Below are positions 9,805 to 19,865 of a stretch of DNA of 64,000 nucleotides, piece by piece. The number at the start of each line of letters is the position of its first letter. Position 1 is the first letter of the stretch. The stretch comes from Sporocytophaga myxococcoides (GTDB lineage: Bacteria > Bacteroidota > Bacteroidia > Cytophagales > Cytophagaceae). The stretch lies in assembly GCF_000775915.1 (NCBI RefSeq), contig NZ_BBLT01000002.1:716384-780383 (forward strand). Direction: 5' to 3'. Made by a program: the position numbers and the translations under genes. Below the pieces are notes generated by a model, which saw only the letters and a program-made list of their open reading frames with translations, did not search any database and was not told the DNA's origin.

Positions 9805-11076
9805 CTAAAAGGTTTTTGTGAAAGAAAAATTTAAACCGAGTCCGGAAGATTTAGAAGGCATTGCCACATATTCTATGAATAATCCGTTTAAAGAAATAAA
9901 ATATTTGTCTTTAAAAGATTTGGCTAAGCCCAACTCTACATCTCCTTTTCCGTACCCACCATATCCAAACGCAGGTATTACAATGAGGGTTTCGGTTATG
10001 TAATAAATTCCTTTTAAATACACCCTTGGTAGATAGCTCGCATTCCAAACATATTTTAATCCGCCTGAAAGACTGATTTTTGAATTCAGATGCTGCACAT
10101 ATTGAATGTGAAAAGTAGCAGGGATGAGGTATGAAATATTCTTTTTTGTATTTTGAATTTTCAGATCCTTAGCCAAAGAGTCCGGATTGTATCGATCAAG
10201 AAATCCATTATTCAGTGTGAAGATATCATCTACGAAAAATCCATCGTATCTGTAGGCGGAATCACCACGAAAGTTATTTAGATTCTTCCATCTGATAAAT
10301 CCTATGTCTCTGGCTTCCAGCAAAAGTGTTGACTTTTCACCGATCTGATATCTTCCATAAAGATTTAAGGAAGCGCCCAATCCATCAGAGCTGAAAGTTC
10401 CTTTGCTTCTGTCAGAATAAGAAATATTGGGATCTGCATTAATATCAATATAAGCTCCGGATGGTTCTGTATATAAATCGCCCCGGTTCAATATCGCCTG
10501 GTTAAATCTTCCTCCTCTTATGAAAGATATACCGCCTCCGACTCTTAATTTTTCATTCAGATCTTTTTCAAGACCTACATATAGACTTTGTGAATCAAAA
10601 TATCTGTATTTAAGAGGAGAGATGTTAATAGTTTGTCCTGCAAATCCGCTATTGCCTCTGAATACAAGCTCAAACAAGTCTTTAGAAAACCTGACATCCA
10701 GGTGTTCTTTATAATAAAGGCCAGCTAAAAAACTAGCAGAACCCAGGCTGGCTCTGCCGCTAATGCCGGCTGAAAAATCAAAGCCAAAGCGGTTGACTTC
10801 CTTTAGCCTGCTGCTCACCTGATCTTTTAATCCATTGTCAATAAAACCACCGAAAACCAGTTTTTTTATAAATGAACTGGTAACTGCATTGCTGTTATAA
10901 CCTGAGGTTGCAGTTATATCAAGGTAATCGGAATCCCCGGCCTCATTGGCATAAGCAGGATTTCTCAGATCATATAAAAATCTGAAATTTCTGTCAGTTT
11001 CGAGCTGACCGAAAGAGGAAGAAGCTATTAAAAAAAAGGCCAAAAGGTAAACGTATTTCATCACAGATTCAATCAT
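9805..11076 (-). CDS. predicted outer-membrane beta-barrel protein, hypothetical
   Basis: Signal peptide; alternating amphipathic beta-strands; ends …LNFSFTKTF with a C-terminal aromatic residue typical of OM barrels. Confidence 0.4.
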   Translation of the reverse strand: MIESVMKYVYLLAFFLIASSSFGQLETDRNFRFLYDLRNPAYANEAGDSDYLDITATSGYNSNAVTSSFIKKLVFGGFIDNGLKDQVSSRLKEVNRFGFDFSAGISGRASLGSASFLAGLYYKEHLDVRFSKDLFELVFRGNSGFAGQTINISPLKYRYFDSQSLYVGLEKDLNEKLRVGGGISFIRGGRFNQAILNRGDLYTEPSGAYIDINADPNISYSDRSKGTFSSDGLGASLNLYGRYQIGEKSTLLLEARDIGFIRWKNLNNFRGDSAYRYDGFFVDDIFTLNNGFLDRYNPDSLAKDLKIQNTKKNISYLIPATFHIQYVQHLNSKISLSGGLKYVWNASYLPRVYLKGIYYITETLIVIPAFGYGGYGKGDVELGLAKSFKDKYFISLNGLFIEYVAMPSKSSGLGLNFSFTKTF

Positions 11077-13130
11077 TCAATAGTTACATTAACATTTCCG
11101 GAAATAGTGACATCCAGTTCATAGTCACTGTAGATTTTATAATATTTTTCTGCAGGCTGTGTGTCAAAGACAGCTTTGAACACCATGTATTTGGAGTGCA
11201 GGATATTTTGAATAGAGTTTTCGTTGCTAAGATTATATTTGATAATACTTTGAGATTTGCCAACTGCTTTATCCCCATTAATAGGGGCAGGTTTAATAAA
11301 GTCAGGAGAAATAAGTGAATCCGTAAGGTTTTTATTAGCGTCCAGGAAATAAAGTTTTAGGTTCGCAGAGATCGGGAAACCATTATTAGCAATGAGATTC
11401 AGGTAACCACTTTTAACAGAGGCTTCCATTTCTTTTGTAAGAAATTCTATGGTATCAGAAAGTTGGAGTTTATTAGCCAAAAGGTTCAGAGGCACTTCCA
11501 TGTCCAGGAAAATATTCAGAGGTGAACCATAATAGGCAAATTGATTGGTGTTTTGAGGACTAAATTCAACATCTTTGTTAGCAAATGCGTGTACCTGGTA
11601 GTCGATTGAATGAGGCATCAAATTAAGAAGGTCTTTATCTTTTGTGCCCAGTGAAAGGGTAGAAGTTACAGATTGTAAGGGAGTTTCAATGGCAGGTTCA
11701 ATAACAGTGGATAAATTTTTGATTTCGACAGGAGTTGCACCAGGTCGACTTCCCTTGATACTACTGACATCCACAAAACCACTGACACCGATTCCGTTCT
11801 CTACCTTGATACCAATATTTGTAATTTCCTCGAATTTTAATTCTCCCCCGGTGACCTTCTTAAAGAGATCTACAGCAGCTGTACCTGTCTCAGTAACGCT
11901 ATATTGACCTAAGTAGCCCCTTACATATTCTGGGACCATATTTTCCATACTGATCTTTACAGACATGGAATCATTCAGCGAAAGGAAAATAAGCCTGCCG
12001 GTATATTCAATTCTTCCGGTAATTTTATTGAAGAATGCGTTGTAGGTTGTATCTCTTATTTCGCCTTTTGAATTCATACCTTTGAGACTCAGTATATATC
12101 CGGCAAGGTCATATTCTTTGACGAAGGGTTTACCTGCCTGATTTGGAGGTACAACATCCTCAATTTTGAATCGGGTACCTGCTTTATCTATGGCACCTGG
12201 AATGTCGTAAGTAAAATAAATATTGTCCTGAGCTGTACTTGTGACTTCTACCCGAACATTCCCGGAGCGTAATTTTGCTTCAGTTAATTTAACATCTCCC
12301 ATACTAACGAGATATACATAGTTGGAATCGTCGATTACATTCTGAGCAGGGAAAACTGCGGTTGCTGAATTTACCATTACATCCGAGATGTTAATGGTTA
12401 CTGTGATCGTTGAATTCGGGTCCATATAAGGTACATTGCCAACCCCAATCGTAGCCATATTCTGAACATAAGCATTCATTACAGATCCTTCAATTTTTTT
12501 CCCTGCAAGGTCTGTTGCTTTGACCTGAGGTGTGCCAGGTGTCAGATTTCTGAAGACTTCATTATAATAAATATTATTTCCGGAAGCATTTGTCAGCCTG
12601 AAATTGACAGAATCGATAGAAAACGGAAATTCGTTATTTACAGTAATTTCCATATTTCCTTCTTTTATGTCGGCTTCTGTGAAGAAAAGTCCTGTAGGAA
12701 GGGGTATGGGAGGTAAATTAATTCCGGAAATTGCAGGAACAGGACCGTTTTGTTGTTCAACATATTGTTTTAAATGTTCATTGCCAGGCTGATCAGCTAG
12801 CTGCTTCAGAGTAATTTTGTGTGAAAAGGTTTTGGAGTCCAGTTTAAGTTCGCTTAGTTTTCTTGAGGTATTGTATTCGGGGAAGTTCTGTTTTCCAAGA
12901 TTCAGCAGACTGTCCAGGGTCAAGGAATACAGCAGTTCTCTGTTTACAATTTTCAGACTGTTATCAGGATTTCTCTGAATAACACTGTCCTTAATGATAT
13001 CACCAATTCCAAGTTTAGTTTTAATAAGAGGTGCAAGAATTCCGGCATCCCAACGTGGTTTTTCAAACTCCTTTCTGCAGGATACAAATAATACAAATAA
13101 GAAAATGATTAATATATTGAAAGTCTTCAT
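11073..13130 (-). CDS. large lipoprotein, hypothetical
   Basis: Signal peptide and lipobox …LFVSC. 685 aa. Overlaps the downstream beta-barrel gene by 4 nt, suggesting an operon. Confidence 0.4.
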   Translation of the reverse strand: MKTFNILIIFLFVLFVSCRKEFEKPRWDAGILAPLIKTKLGIGDIIKDSVIQRNPDNSLKIVNRELLYSLTLDSLLNLGKQNFPEYNTSRKLSELKLDSKTFSHKITLKQLADQPGNEHLKQYVEQQNGPVPAISGINLPPIPLPTGLFFTEADIKEGNMEITVNNEFPFSIDSVNFRLTNASGNNIYYNEVFRNLTPGTPQVKATDLAGKKIEGSVMNAYVQNMATIGVGNVPYMDPNSTITVTINISDVMVNSATAVFPAQNVIDDSNYVYLVSMGDVKLTEAKLRSGNVRVEVTSTAQDNIYFTYDIPGAIDKAGTRFKIEDVVPPNQAGKPFVKEYDLAGYILSLKGMNSKGEIRDTTYNAFFNKITGRIEYTGRLIFLSLNDSMSVKISMENMVPEYVRGYLGQYSVTETGTAAVDLFKKVTGGELKFEEITNIGIKVENGIGVSGFVDVSSIKGSRPGATPVEIKNLSTVIEPAIETPLQSVTSTLSLGTKDKDLLNLMPHSIDYQVHAFANKDVEFSPQNTNQFAYYGSPLNIFLDMEVPLNLLANKLQLSDTIEFLTKEMEASVKSGYLNLIANNGFPISANLKLYFLDANKNLTDSLISPDFIKPAPINGDKAVGKSQSIIKYNLSNENSIQNILHSKYMVFKAVFDTQPAEKYYKIYSDYELDVTISGNVNVTIE

Positions 13131-13327
13131 AATCTGTTAAGTGCTTAGCTATAGGGAATTTGACGAAGCAAATGAGCTATATTACCATAAAGGTGAGTAG
13201 CATATATTCCGGATGAGACCAAAAGGTAATCATTGAATCGTACAAATTTGCTAAAATTCAAATACAATGCGATTACAATTTAGGGCTTTACGTGTATTAA
13301 TCGTTAAATTTCTGCCAAGATAATATA

Positions 13328-15232
13328 ATGGCCTCATTTTCAAGATTTATATTGCTATTGCTGCTGATCTGCAGTCTACCTGCTTTTCCCCAGATTTCAG
13401 GAGTAATAAATACTTATGCCAAAGTAACAGTAATAGATGAAACCTGCAATTCTGTTTCAATTGCTCCTGTTTCAGGTTTTTCTGTTGGAGACAAGGTGCT
13501 GATTATTCAGATGAAGGGAGGTGAGATCAACGAGTCTAACACTTCTTCTTATGGAAATCTTACTGGTGCAGGTTTTGGAAGTGCCGGCAATTATGAAATT
13601 AACGAAGTAGCAGCGATTAATGGTGCAATTCTATATTTAAAATATGAATTGATAAGAACTTATGATCCTACAAATAAAGTCCAGATAGTGAATATTCCTG
13701 TTTATACTGATGTATCAATAGATGGAGTGCTTACCAGTGCTCCATGGAATGGAGATACTGGAGGTGTTCTGATTTTTGAATCTACAGGTGATGTGACAAT
13801 GAATGCTGATATTGATGTTTCCGGAATGGGTTTTAGGGGTGGAGAATGCAGTTTAAACGGAGGTGATTGCGCTTATCTTCAGGATGGTCCTTATAATAGT
13901 CAAACTAATGCAGGAAGATCCGGAAAAAAAGGTGAAGGTGTTGCTGAATTTTCATCTGGAATGGAAACAGGAAGGGGAAAACAATTGAATGGAGGAGGAG
14001 CTGGTCTGGATTTAAATTCCGGAGGAGCCGGCGGGGGCAATTATGGTAATGGCGGTAATGGAGGAAATACTTCTTCAGGATGTGGAAATTTTGCTTCAAG
14101 CAATCCGGGAGTTGGAGGTTTGGGATTTACTACAACTATAGAAACTCAGAATAAAATCTTTCTTGGAGGCGGAGGCGGGGGAGGACATCAGGATAATGGT
14201 CTGTGCAATCCTGGTGGTAATGGAGGGGGAATAGTTATTATTAAAGCAGTTCGAATTGAAGGCAATGGTCATTCTATTTTAGCCAATGGAAATTCAGTTG
14301 CTGAAAATCTACCGGATCATGGAGATGGGAATGGTGGTGGTGGTGCAGGAGGAGCTGTGCTGCTGGATGCCTCTGTGTCTTCAAGTTTTATTTCAACACC
14401 CCCTAGTATAGATGTTTCAGGTGGAAGGGGAGGAAATACCAACAACCAGAATAGTCCAACCAGAAATTTCGGTCCCGGTGGGGGCGGTGGAGGGGGTGTT
14501 GTATGGCTAAAAGGATCTGCATCACCTGTTTTGCCCATTACAGTAGCTGGAGGATTACCCGGTAATTCAAGATTATGTGCATGTTCCCATGGAGCGGTGC
14601 AAGGTGCCAATGGGGCGACATTGTTAAATCTGGTACTCCCAATCAGTAATCCCGAAGGTGATGGAGTTTGTTACAAAACAACACCTGTTCACTTGTTAAG
14701 CTATACGGCGGTTCGGAAGGGTTGCTGCGCTTTGTTAAAATGGAACACAGTGTCAGAAAGCAAAAACAGATTTTTTACTATTGAAAAATCTGAAGACGGA
14801 GCTCATTTTTCTGAGATTGGGAGAGTGCCTGGTACTAATTCCTCAATTGTTTCTGAATATTTTTATAGTGATGATTTAAAAGGGAAAGAGGGCAAGTATT
14901 ACTATAAGTTAAGCCAGACAGATGAAAATGGAACAGTAAATTTCCTCGGCATACGAACAGTAGCAGTAGCGTTGGATGGAGAATTGAAGCTTGTCCAGAG
15001 CGTGTATCCTAATCCATTCACCAGGTCCGTGACCATTGAGTTAAATAGATATGAGAAAGGAATTTTAGTATCTATAGTTGATATGACCGGCCGTGTAGTG
15101 CTTCAAAACAGGGCAGATACAAAAGAAAGGGGAGAGGTAGTGCTTTTTCAGGAGCATCTACCTTCAGGTGCATATATCTTGATTGTTCGAAGTAATGGTA
15201 TTGAAGAAAAGATCCTCCTGATAAAAGAATAA
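13328..15232 (+). CDS. glycine-rich secreted protein with T9SS C-terminal sorting domain
   Basis: Signal peptide; long GGxGG/NGG-rich low-complexity core; C-terminal …YPNPFTRSVTIEL…GAYILIVRSNGIEEKILLIKE resembles a type-A T9SS CTD. Confidence 0.65.
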   Translation: MASFSRFILLLLLICSLPAFPQISGVINTYAKVTVIDETCNSVSIAPVSGFSVGDKVLIIQMKGGEINESNTSSYGNLTGAGFGSAGNYEINEVAAINGAILYLKYELIRTYDPTNKVQIVNIPVYTDVSIDGVLTSAPWNGDTGGVLIFESTGDVTMNADIDVSGMGFRGGECSLNGGDCAYLQDGPYNSQTNAGRSGKKGEGVAEFSSGMETGRGKQLNGGGAGLDLNSGGAGGGNYGNGGNGGNTSSGCGNFASSNPGVGGLGFTTTIETQNKIFLGGGGGGGHQDNGLCNPGGNGGGIVIIKAVRIEGNGHSILANGNSVAENLPDHGDGNGGGGAGGAVLLDASVSSSFISTPPSIDVSGGRGGNTNNQNSPTRNFGPGGGGGGGVVWLKGSASPVLPITVAGGLPGNSRLCACSHGAVQGANGATLLNLVLPISNPEGDGVCYKTTPVHLLSYTAVRKGCCALLKWNTVSESKNRFFTIEKSEDGAHFSEIGRVPGTNSSIVSEYFYSDDLKGKEGKYYYKLSQTDENGTVNFLGIRTVAVALDGELKLVQSVYPNPFTRSVTIELNRYEKGILVSIVDMTGRVVLQNRADTKERGEVVLFQEHLPSGAYILIVRSNGIEEKILLIKE

Positions 15233-15242
15233 TCTTTGTGAA

Positions 15243-15878
15243 TTAATAGCCCACAGTAAATCTGGTTTTTCTGAATTTGGGATTTTCTACCTCATTTAAA
15301 ATTGCTACGGCAAAGTCTTCCATTGATATCTTGCTGGTTCCTTCTGAGTCAATCAGTAATTTGTTGCCACTGATTCTAAAGATACCTGTTCTGTCTCCTG
15401 GTTCTATCAAAGCAGAGGGACTTATGTTCGTCCAATCCAAACCAAATTCCTTTTCATAAAGAGACAAAGCTTCTTTATGTGCTTTAGCTATTGGTTTCCA
15501 TTCCTGAGGAAATTCGGGAGAGTCAACGAGTAACCTTCCTTCTCCTACCTCAAGAGATCCTGCTCCTCCGACTGCAATAAGCCTTATTTTCCCAGAGCTT
15601 TTTATAGCAGTAATAAGTGCCTGGGTTGCTTTTATAAGGTTATCTGTTTCTTTCAAACCAGGACCAAAAGCGCTTATGACAACTTCTGAATTTCTAACTA
15701 TCTCAGAAATATGGTCAGGATCAAAAATGTCTCCCTGAACTATTTTTAACCTTGTTCCTGTATACGCTAGCTTTGAAGGATCTCTGACAATTGCTGTAAC
15801 TTCATGTCCTCTGCTTAAAGATTCTTTAAGTATTCTACTACCGATATGGCCGGTGGCTCCTATTAATGCTATTTTCAT
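15243..15878 (-). CDS. NAD(P)H-binding NmrA/SDR-a family oxidoreductase
   Basis: MKIALIGATGHIGSRI… Rossmann motif; 211 aa. Confidence 0.8.
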   Translation of the reverse strand: MKIALIGATGHIGSRILKESLSRGHEVTAIVRDPSKLAYTGTRLKIVQGDIFDPDHISEIVRNSEVVISAFGPGLKETDNLIKATQALITAIKSSGKIRLIAVGGAGSLEVGEGRLLVDSPEFPQEWKPIAKAHKEALSLYEKEFGLDWTNISPSALIEPGDRTGIFRISGNKLLIDSEGTSKISMEDFAVAILNEVENPKFRKTRFTVGY

Positions 15879-15982
15879 GTTTGGTCAAAATCTTTGAAAT
15901 GGTTGCCAGGAGTTATTAGAATATTGTCCGGCATTCTTTCCATAGATAAAGTTGTTTTATGAAAAAGTGTTGTATAATTTTT

Positions 15983-16414
15983 TCATGAAGCTTTAGGGAT
16001 AGAGGATTCATTTAGTACTTCAAGGTAAGTAATCAGAATAGGATCCTGCTCATTTTTTCTTATATACTCCTTTACTTTCCTCAGAAAATCCCACAAAGGC
16101 TCGTAATATTTATGATTGGTATTTACCTGAAGCTCATCTACAGTGAGAGTATTTCCTTTTTTTAATAATAAGTGAAGTGTAATAAAGAAATATGAAATAG
16201 GAAGTTTGCTGCCTTCCAGAACAGTCCCGCTTCTGATGGTTGTCCTGAATTTGCAGTCCTTGCACTGGAATTGTTGTTTGGATTTAAGCCAATAATGATG
16301 TGTAGAACCACATTTTTTGCAAACTACTCCTTTTTTCAGACGAAACTTTTTGAAAGCTTCAATAGCAAAACCTTCATCCTTATATACGTTTAGATATTCT
16401 ACTGTTGTCTGCAT
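15983..16414 (-). mobile_element. IS1595-family transposase N-terminal fragment (zinc-ribbon + HTH only; DDE domain absent)
   Basis: CKKCGSTHHYW…FQCKDCKFRTTIRSGTVLEGSKLPISYFF matches the IS1595 transposase zinc-ribbon N-domain. Only 143 aa, and no DDE-coding sequence follows. Confidence 0.5.
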
Positions 16415-16650
16415 AGTTTTTTTTATGGTTTAATGTCACGTTACAAAAGTAGTAATTCTATATTAAATCTATAGAGTAAAGGTACATTATTTTGGCTATT
16501 TTGGTGGTATGTTTCTCAGAATGATATTTATGTAAGTTTAACTTGTTGAATATTAGTGTTTTTTACTTTTGTTAAAGCAACTGTTAAATAATTAACAGTT
16601 AATTATTTAACATCATAAAACAGCGAATGGCTTAGAAGAGTTAAGAGCAA

Positions 16651-17781
16651 ATGACACATTTAAACGAAAGAAAATTTACAGATAACGCTTATTTTCGATT
16701 TTCGATATTAGTCATTTCCACCTATTTTTTCTTTTCAGGCCTTTATTATGTCCAGGGCATCATTTCACCCATACTATTTGCCGGTATTCTAGCTATGCTG
16801 GTTTTGCCAATTTGTAATAAACTCGAAGAAAAAAAGGTAAGCCGGGGAATTTCAATAGTAATATGTCTTTTGCTTATTTTACTGGTCGTTAGTAGTGTAA
16901 TATACCTGTTTACCTCTCAGCTTATAGAACTAAGTGATGATTTTCCATTTATCAAAAAAAGAGCGCTTGAGAAATATTCTGAGATTAATAAATTTATTGA
17001 ACAGGAAACAAGAATATCTGTGAGTAAGCAGAATTCGATGCTGAAAGAAGGTATTCAGAAATTTCTTTCCGGTGCAGGAGATACTTTTAAAGAAATATTG
17101 ATGAGTCTTAGCACCGGATTTGGCAATTTTCTTCTTGTTCTGATCTATATATTTTTCTTTTTATTACTCAGAGATAGAATAAAAAACTTTATTCTGATGC
17201 TGTTTAAGCCTGAATTACATGCGCAGGTAAATCTCATCATTAATAAAATCAAAAAACTTTCAATTCATTACTTGTCTGGATTATTAATTGAAATGATCAT
17301 ATATGGTGTGATTTCTTCAGCAGGATTTCTTCTTTTGGGATTGAAACAAGCTATATTTTTCGGTTTTCTTGGTGGTGTTCTAAATCTTATACCTTACCTG
17401 GGTGCACTTATAGGTGCCGCATTGCCTTTTGTTGTTGCATTAATATATGAGGATTCATTTATTTATCCTTTGGGAGTTATCGGAGTGGTTCTGGTGGTAC
17501 AGTTTATTGATAATAATTTTGTGACACCAAAAATCGTTGCTGGATATATAAGAATAAATGCTTTGGCCTCTATTATAGTTATTTTTATAGGAGGGGCAAT
17601 ATGGGGAATTGACGGGATGGTCTTGTTTCTTCCATTGCTGGGTATCATGAAAATTATCTGTGATAATATTCCTGTACTTAAGCCATACGGATATCTGGTT
17701 GGAGAAGATGATGAGGAAGCTAGTGGGGGATTTGGAACAAAATTGAAGGACTGGATACAAAAAAAGTTGAAGAAAAAATAG
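16651..17781 (+). CDS. AI-2E family transporter (PerM/UPF0118)
   Basis: 376 aa polytopic membrane protein with the GxxNLIPYLG signature region (…LNLIPYLGALIGAALPF…). Confidence 0.75.
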   Translation: MTHLNERKFTDNAYFRFSILVISTYFFFSGLYYVQGIISPILFAGILAMLVLPICNKLEEKKVSRGISIVICLLLILLVVSSVIYLFTSQLIELSDDFPFIKKRALEKYSEINKFIEQETRISVSKQNSMLKEGIQKFLSGAGDTFKEILMSLSTGFGNFLLVLIYIFFFLLLRDRIKNFILMLFKPELHAQVNLIINKIKKLSIHYLSGLLIEMIIYGVISSAGFLLLGLKQAIFFGFLGGVLNLIPYLGALIGAALPFVVALIYEDSFIYPLGVIGVVLVVQFIDNNFVTPKIVAGYIRINALASIIVIFIGGAIWGIDGMVLFLPLLGIMKIICDNIPVLKPYGYLVGEDDEEASGGFGTKLKDWIQKKLKKK

Positions 17782-17877
17782 ATAAGACAAGGTTGTCTTC
17801 CAAAATCAATTTTCTGAAAAAAAGTCATTGTTTTATTTATAGGATTAATTATTTAGTTCCTGTATCATAGCCAATAA

Positions 17878-18003
17878 ACCTCATCCCTAACCCTTCTCTT
17901 AAAGGAGAAGGAACAATCGCCGAGAAAATGTTGAATTAAAAGTGATATAACTAATAACATACGCATTAACCCTTTACTTCAGGAGAGGGATTTTGGGTGA
18001 GGT
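17878..18003. repeat. imperfect inverted-repeat element (two ~35-bp arms) between convergent genes
   Basis: Arm A 17878-17911 (acctcatccctaacccttctcttaaaggagaagg) and arm B 17969-18003 are about 70% reverse-complementary. Arm A also holds a perfect 7-bp hairpin at 17892-17911. Confidence 0.3.
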
Positions 18004-18061
18004 CTTTTAGAGTTTAAGCTAATCTGTCCATTATTTAGACAGCCTCTTATTTCATTCTCTA

Positions 18062-19669
18062 CTAATGAAACCTCGGACAAACTACTCTTCCGGTTCTTTT
18101 AATAATGACAACTTTATCCCTTGGGAATTTAACAGAGTAGCCCAATTTGATTTTAGAAGTCATGGAAGCAGGAATATCAAGCTTCCAGGTAAGTTTACCA
18201 TTTTCTTTGATATAAGAAGCCCCATCCTTTTCTTCCAATGATATCTGTATTTCTTCCTGTTGGGCTATTGGAATCTGATCAAAGATTTCAATCTGAACGG
18301 GTTTTGAATTAAGATTTCTCACATCAATTTCATAACTGAAACTTTCCACTAATTGTAATCCTATAAGCTTTCGTGTACTGAAATCTTTTTTCTTTACTCT
18401 TGATATTTGTATTGCAGGATCGGGGCCAAGTGAAAGTTCAAGAGAATCACCGGCAGCCAATGGATCTAGGTAAGTCTTGCCGGTATAAGTCCCATTCTGA
18501 TAAACGTTTACCTCACCTTCTATCAGCTTTAATCCTTCCCAGTCTTTAATTCTGGCTATTAGATAAGCTTTAGCATCAATCTTTGGTACAGACTGAAATA
18601 AATAGGAGGCTTCCAATATGGTTTGTTTTATATCAGCGAGGTATTCTCTTGTTGAAGAAGGAATGGTATGTTCTCCTTCGATATTAAAGATCATTTCACC
18701 TTCTTCCAACTCTATTTCCTGTTCTTCTGTAGCTCCTTTTTTGATTTGCTTTTTAGACAGAGAACCTTCATTTCCAGATTCATAATATCCATAGTTTTTA
18801 CCAGTCCTTTTTTTCTGATGATAAGATAATACCCATGTTTCTAATATTGGAGCCGTAAGGGATCTGGAAGGATTTCCCGCGTGAAGGGAAATTTTACTAC
18901 TGTTCCAGTTTTCTCCTGAGTTATTAAGAATATTGGCTTTGTATTCAAGTTTTAAAGGCTCCTGTATGTTTTTATAGAAAACAGAAAATATGGGAGACCA
19001 TCCACAGGATTTTACATAGTAGTTAAGTGTGAAGGTAACTTTCTGCTGTATAGAACTTTCAGCCAATAGGTATATATGTGCCGAAGCTGCGGAGTCTGCA
19101 CTTAATATCTGTTTCTGACGTTTTATAAGTTTTTGAAGTTTTTTATTTAATTGCTGTTTCTCGTCTTCTCTTTGCAATAAGAGATTATTGATCTCATCCA
19201 GCTTTTTTCTTGTATAGGTCAAAGCATTGTCTAGTTCGGTAACAGAAAGGCCCTGGGCATTTCCAATACGTTTGGAGTTGGCAAGAAGAGATTTCCTTTC
19301 TTCTTCCAATGCATCGTGTTGAAGTATTTTATATTCAATCTTTGTATTAATTTTTTCAATGCTGTCATTCAATTTACCAAGCTCTTCTGTTTGCTTCCAT
19401 TCGTTTGAGAAGTCTGTTCTGCTTGAAACGGAAACAATCTTTACCATAGGTGTCGATGAAATATGAAGACTGGCAGGATCAATATTTGAAGAAAGGCCGG
19501 TTATGATCATTTCTGTTTTCCCCGGATTTAGCTGAATACTAAAGGTTCTGCTGATTTCAGCTCCTTGTGAAAACACACTGACTTCTTTGATTTCAGAGTT
19601 ATCAATAATTTTTTGTCCCTGTATTTTAAATGAAAAAAATAAAAGGAAAAGCAGGAAAAATGATCTCAT
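18062..19669 (-). CDS. DUF4139/DUF4140 (MuiA-like) family protein
   Basis: Signal peptide; N-terminal …VSVFSQGAEISRTFSIQL…ITGLSSNIDPASLHIS (DUF4140-like); central coiled coil; 535 aa. Confidence 0.5.
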   Translation of the reverse strand: MRSFFLLFLLFFSFKIQGQKIIDNSEIKEVSVFSQGAEISRTFSIQLNPGKTEMIITGLSSNIDPASLHISSTPMVKIVSVSSRTDFSNEWKQTEELGKLNDSIEKINTKIEYKILQHDALEEERKSLLANSKRIGNAQGLSVTELDNALTYTRKKLDEINNLLLQREDEKQQLNKKLQKLIKRQKQILSADSAASAHIYLLAESSIQQKVTFTLNYYVKSCGWSPIFSVFYKNIQEPLKLEYKANILNNSGENWNSSKISLHAGNPSRSLTAPILETWVLSYHQKKRTGKNYGYYESGNEGSLSKKQIKKGATEEQEIELEEGEMIFNIEGEHTIPSSTREYLADIKQTILEASYLFQSVPKIDAKAYLIARIKDWEGLKLIEGEVNVYQNGTYTGKTYLDPLAAGDSLELSLGPDPAIQISRVKKKDFSTRKLIGLQLVESFSYEIDVRNLNSKPVQIEIFDQIPIAQQEEIQISLEEKDGASYIKENGKLTWKLDIPASMTSKIKLGYSVKFPRDKVVIIKRTGRVVCPRFH

Positions 19670-19865
19670 ACTTGAATAGTTTTTATTTAATTATGTTTTA
19701 ATAAAAAAGGTAAGCGTAGTGGATCTTAAAAAGGTTGAGTTAATTAGTTCAAAATAGTTGTTAAAATAATTTTGCCAATTTTTGCATTTAAAGAAATGTT
19801 TCAAAAACCAATAAAATCATGCTGGTGATGGATAGAGAGACGCCAGCATGGCGTCTCTACCTACT

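Noticed and set aside
14317-14610. Pro-rich 97-aa antisense ORF inside the Gly-rich gene
   Set aside because: It is a reverse-complement artefact of the GGN-rich coding strand, which gives CCN = Pro.
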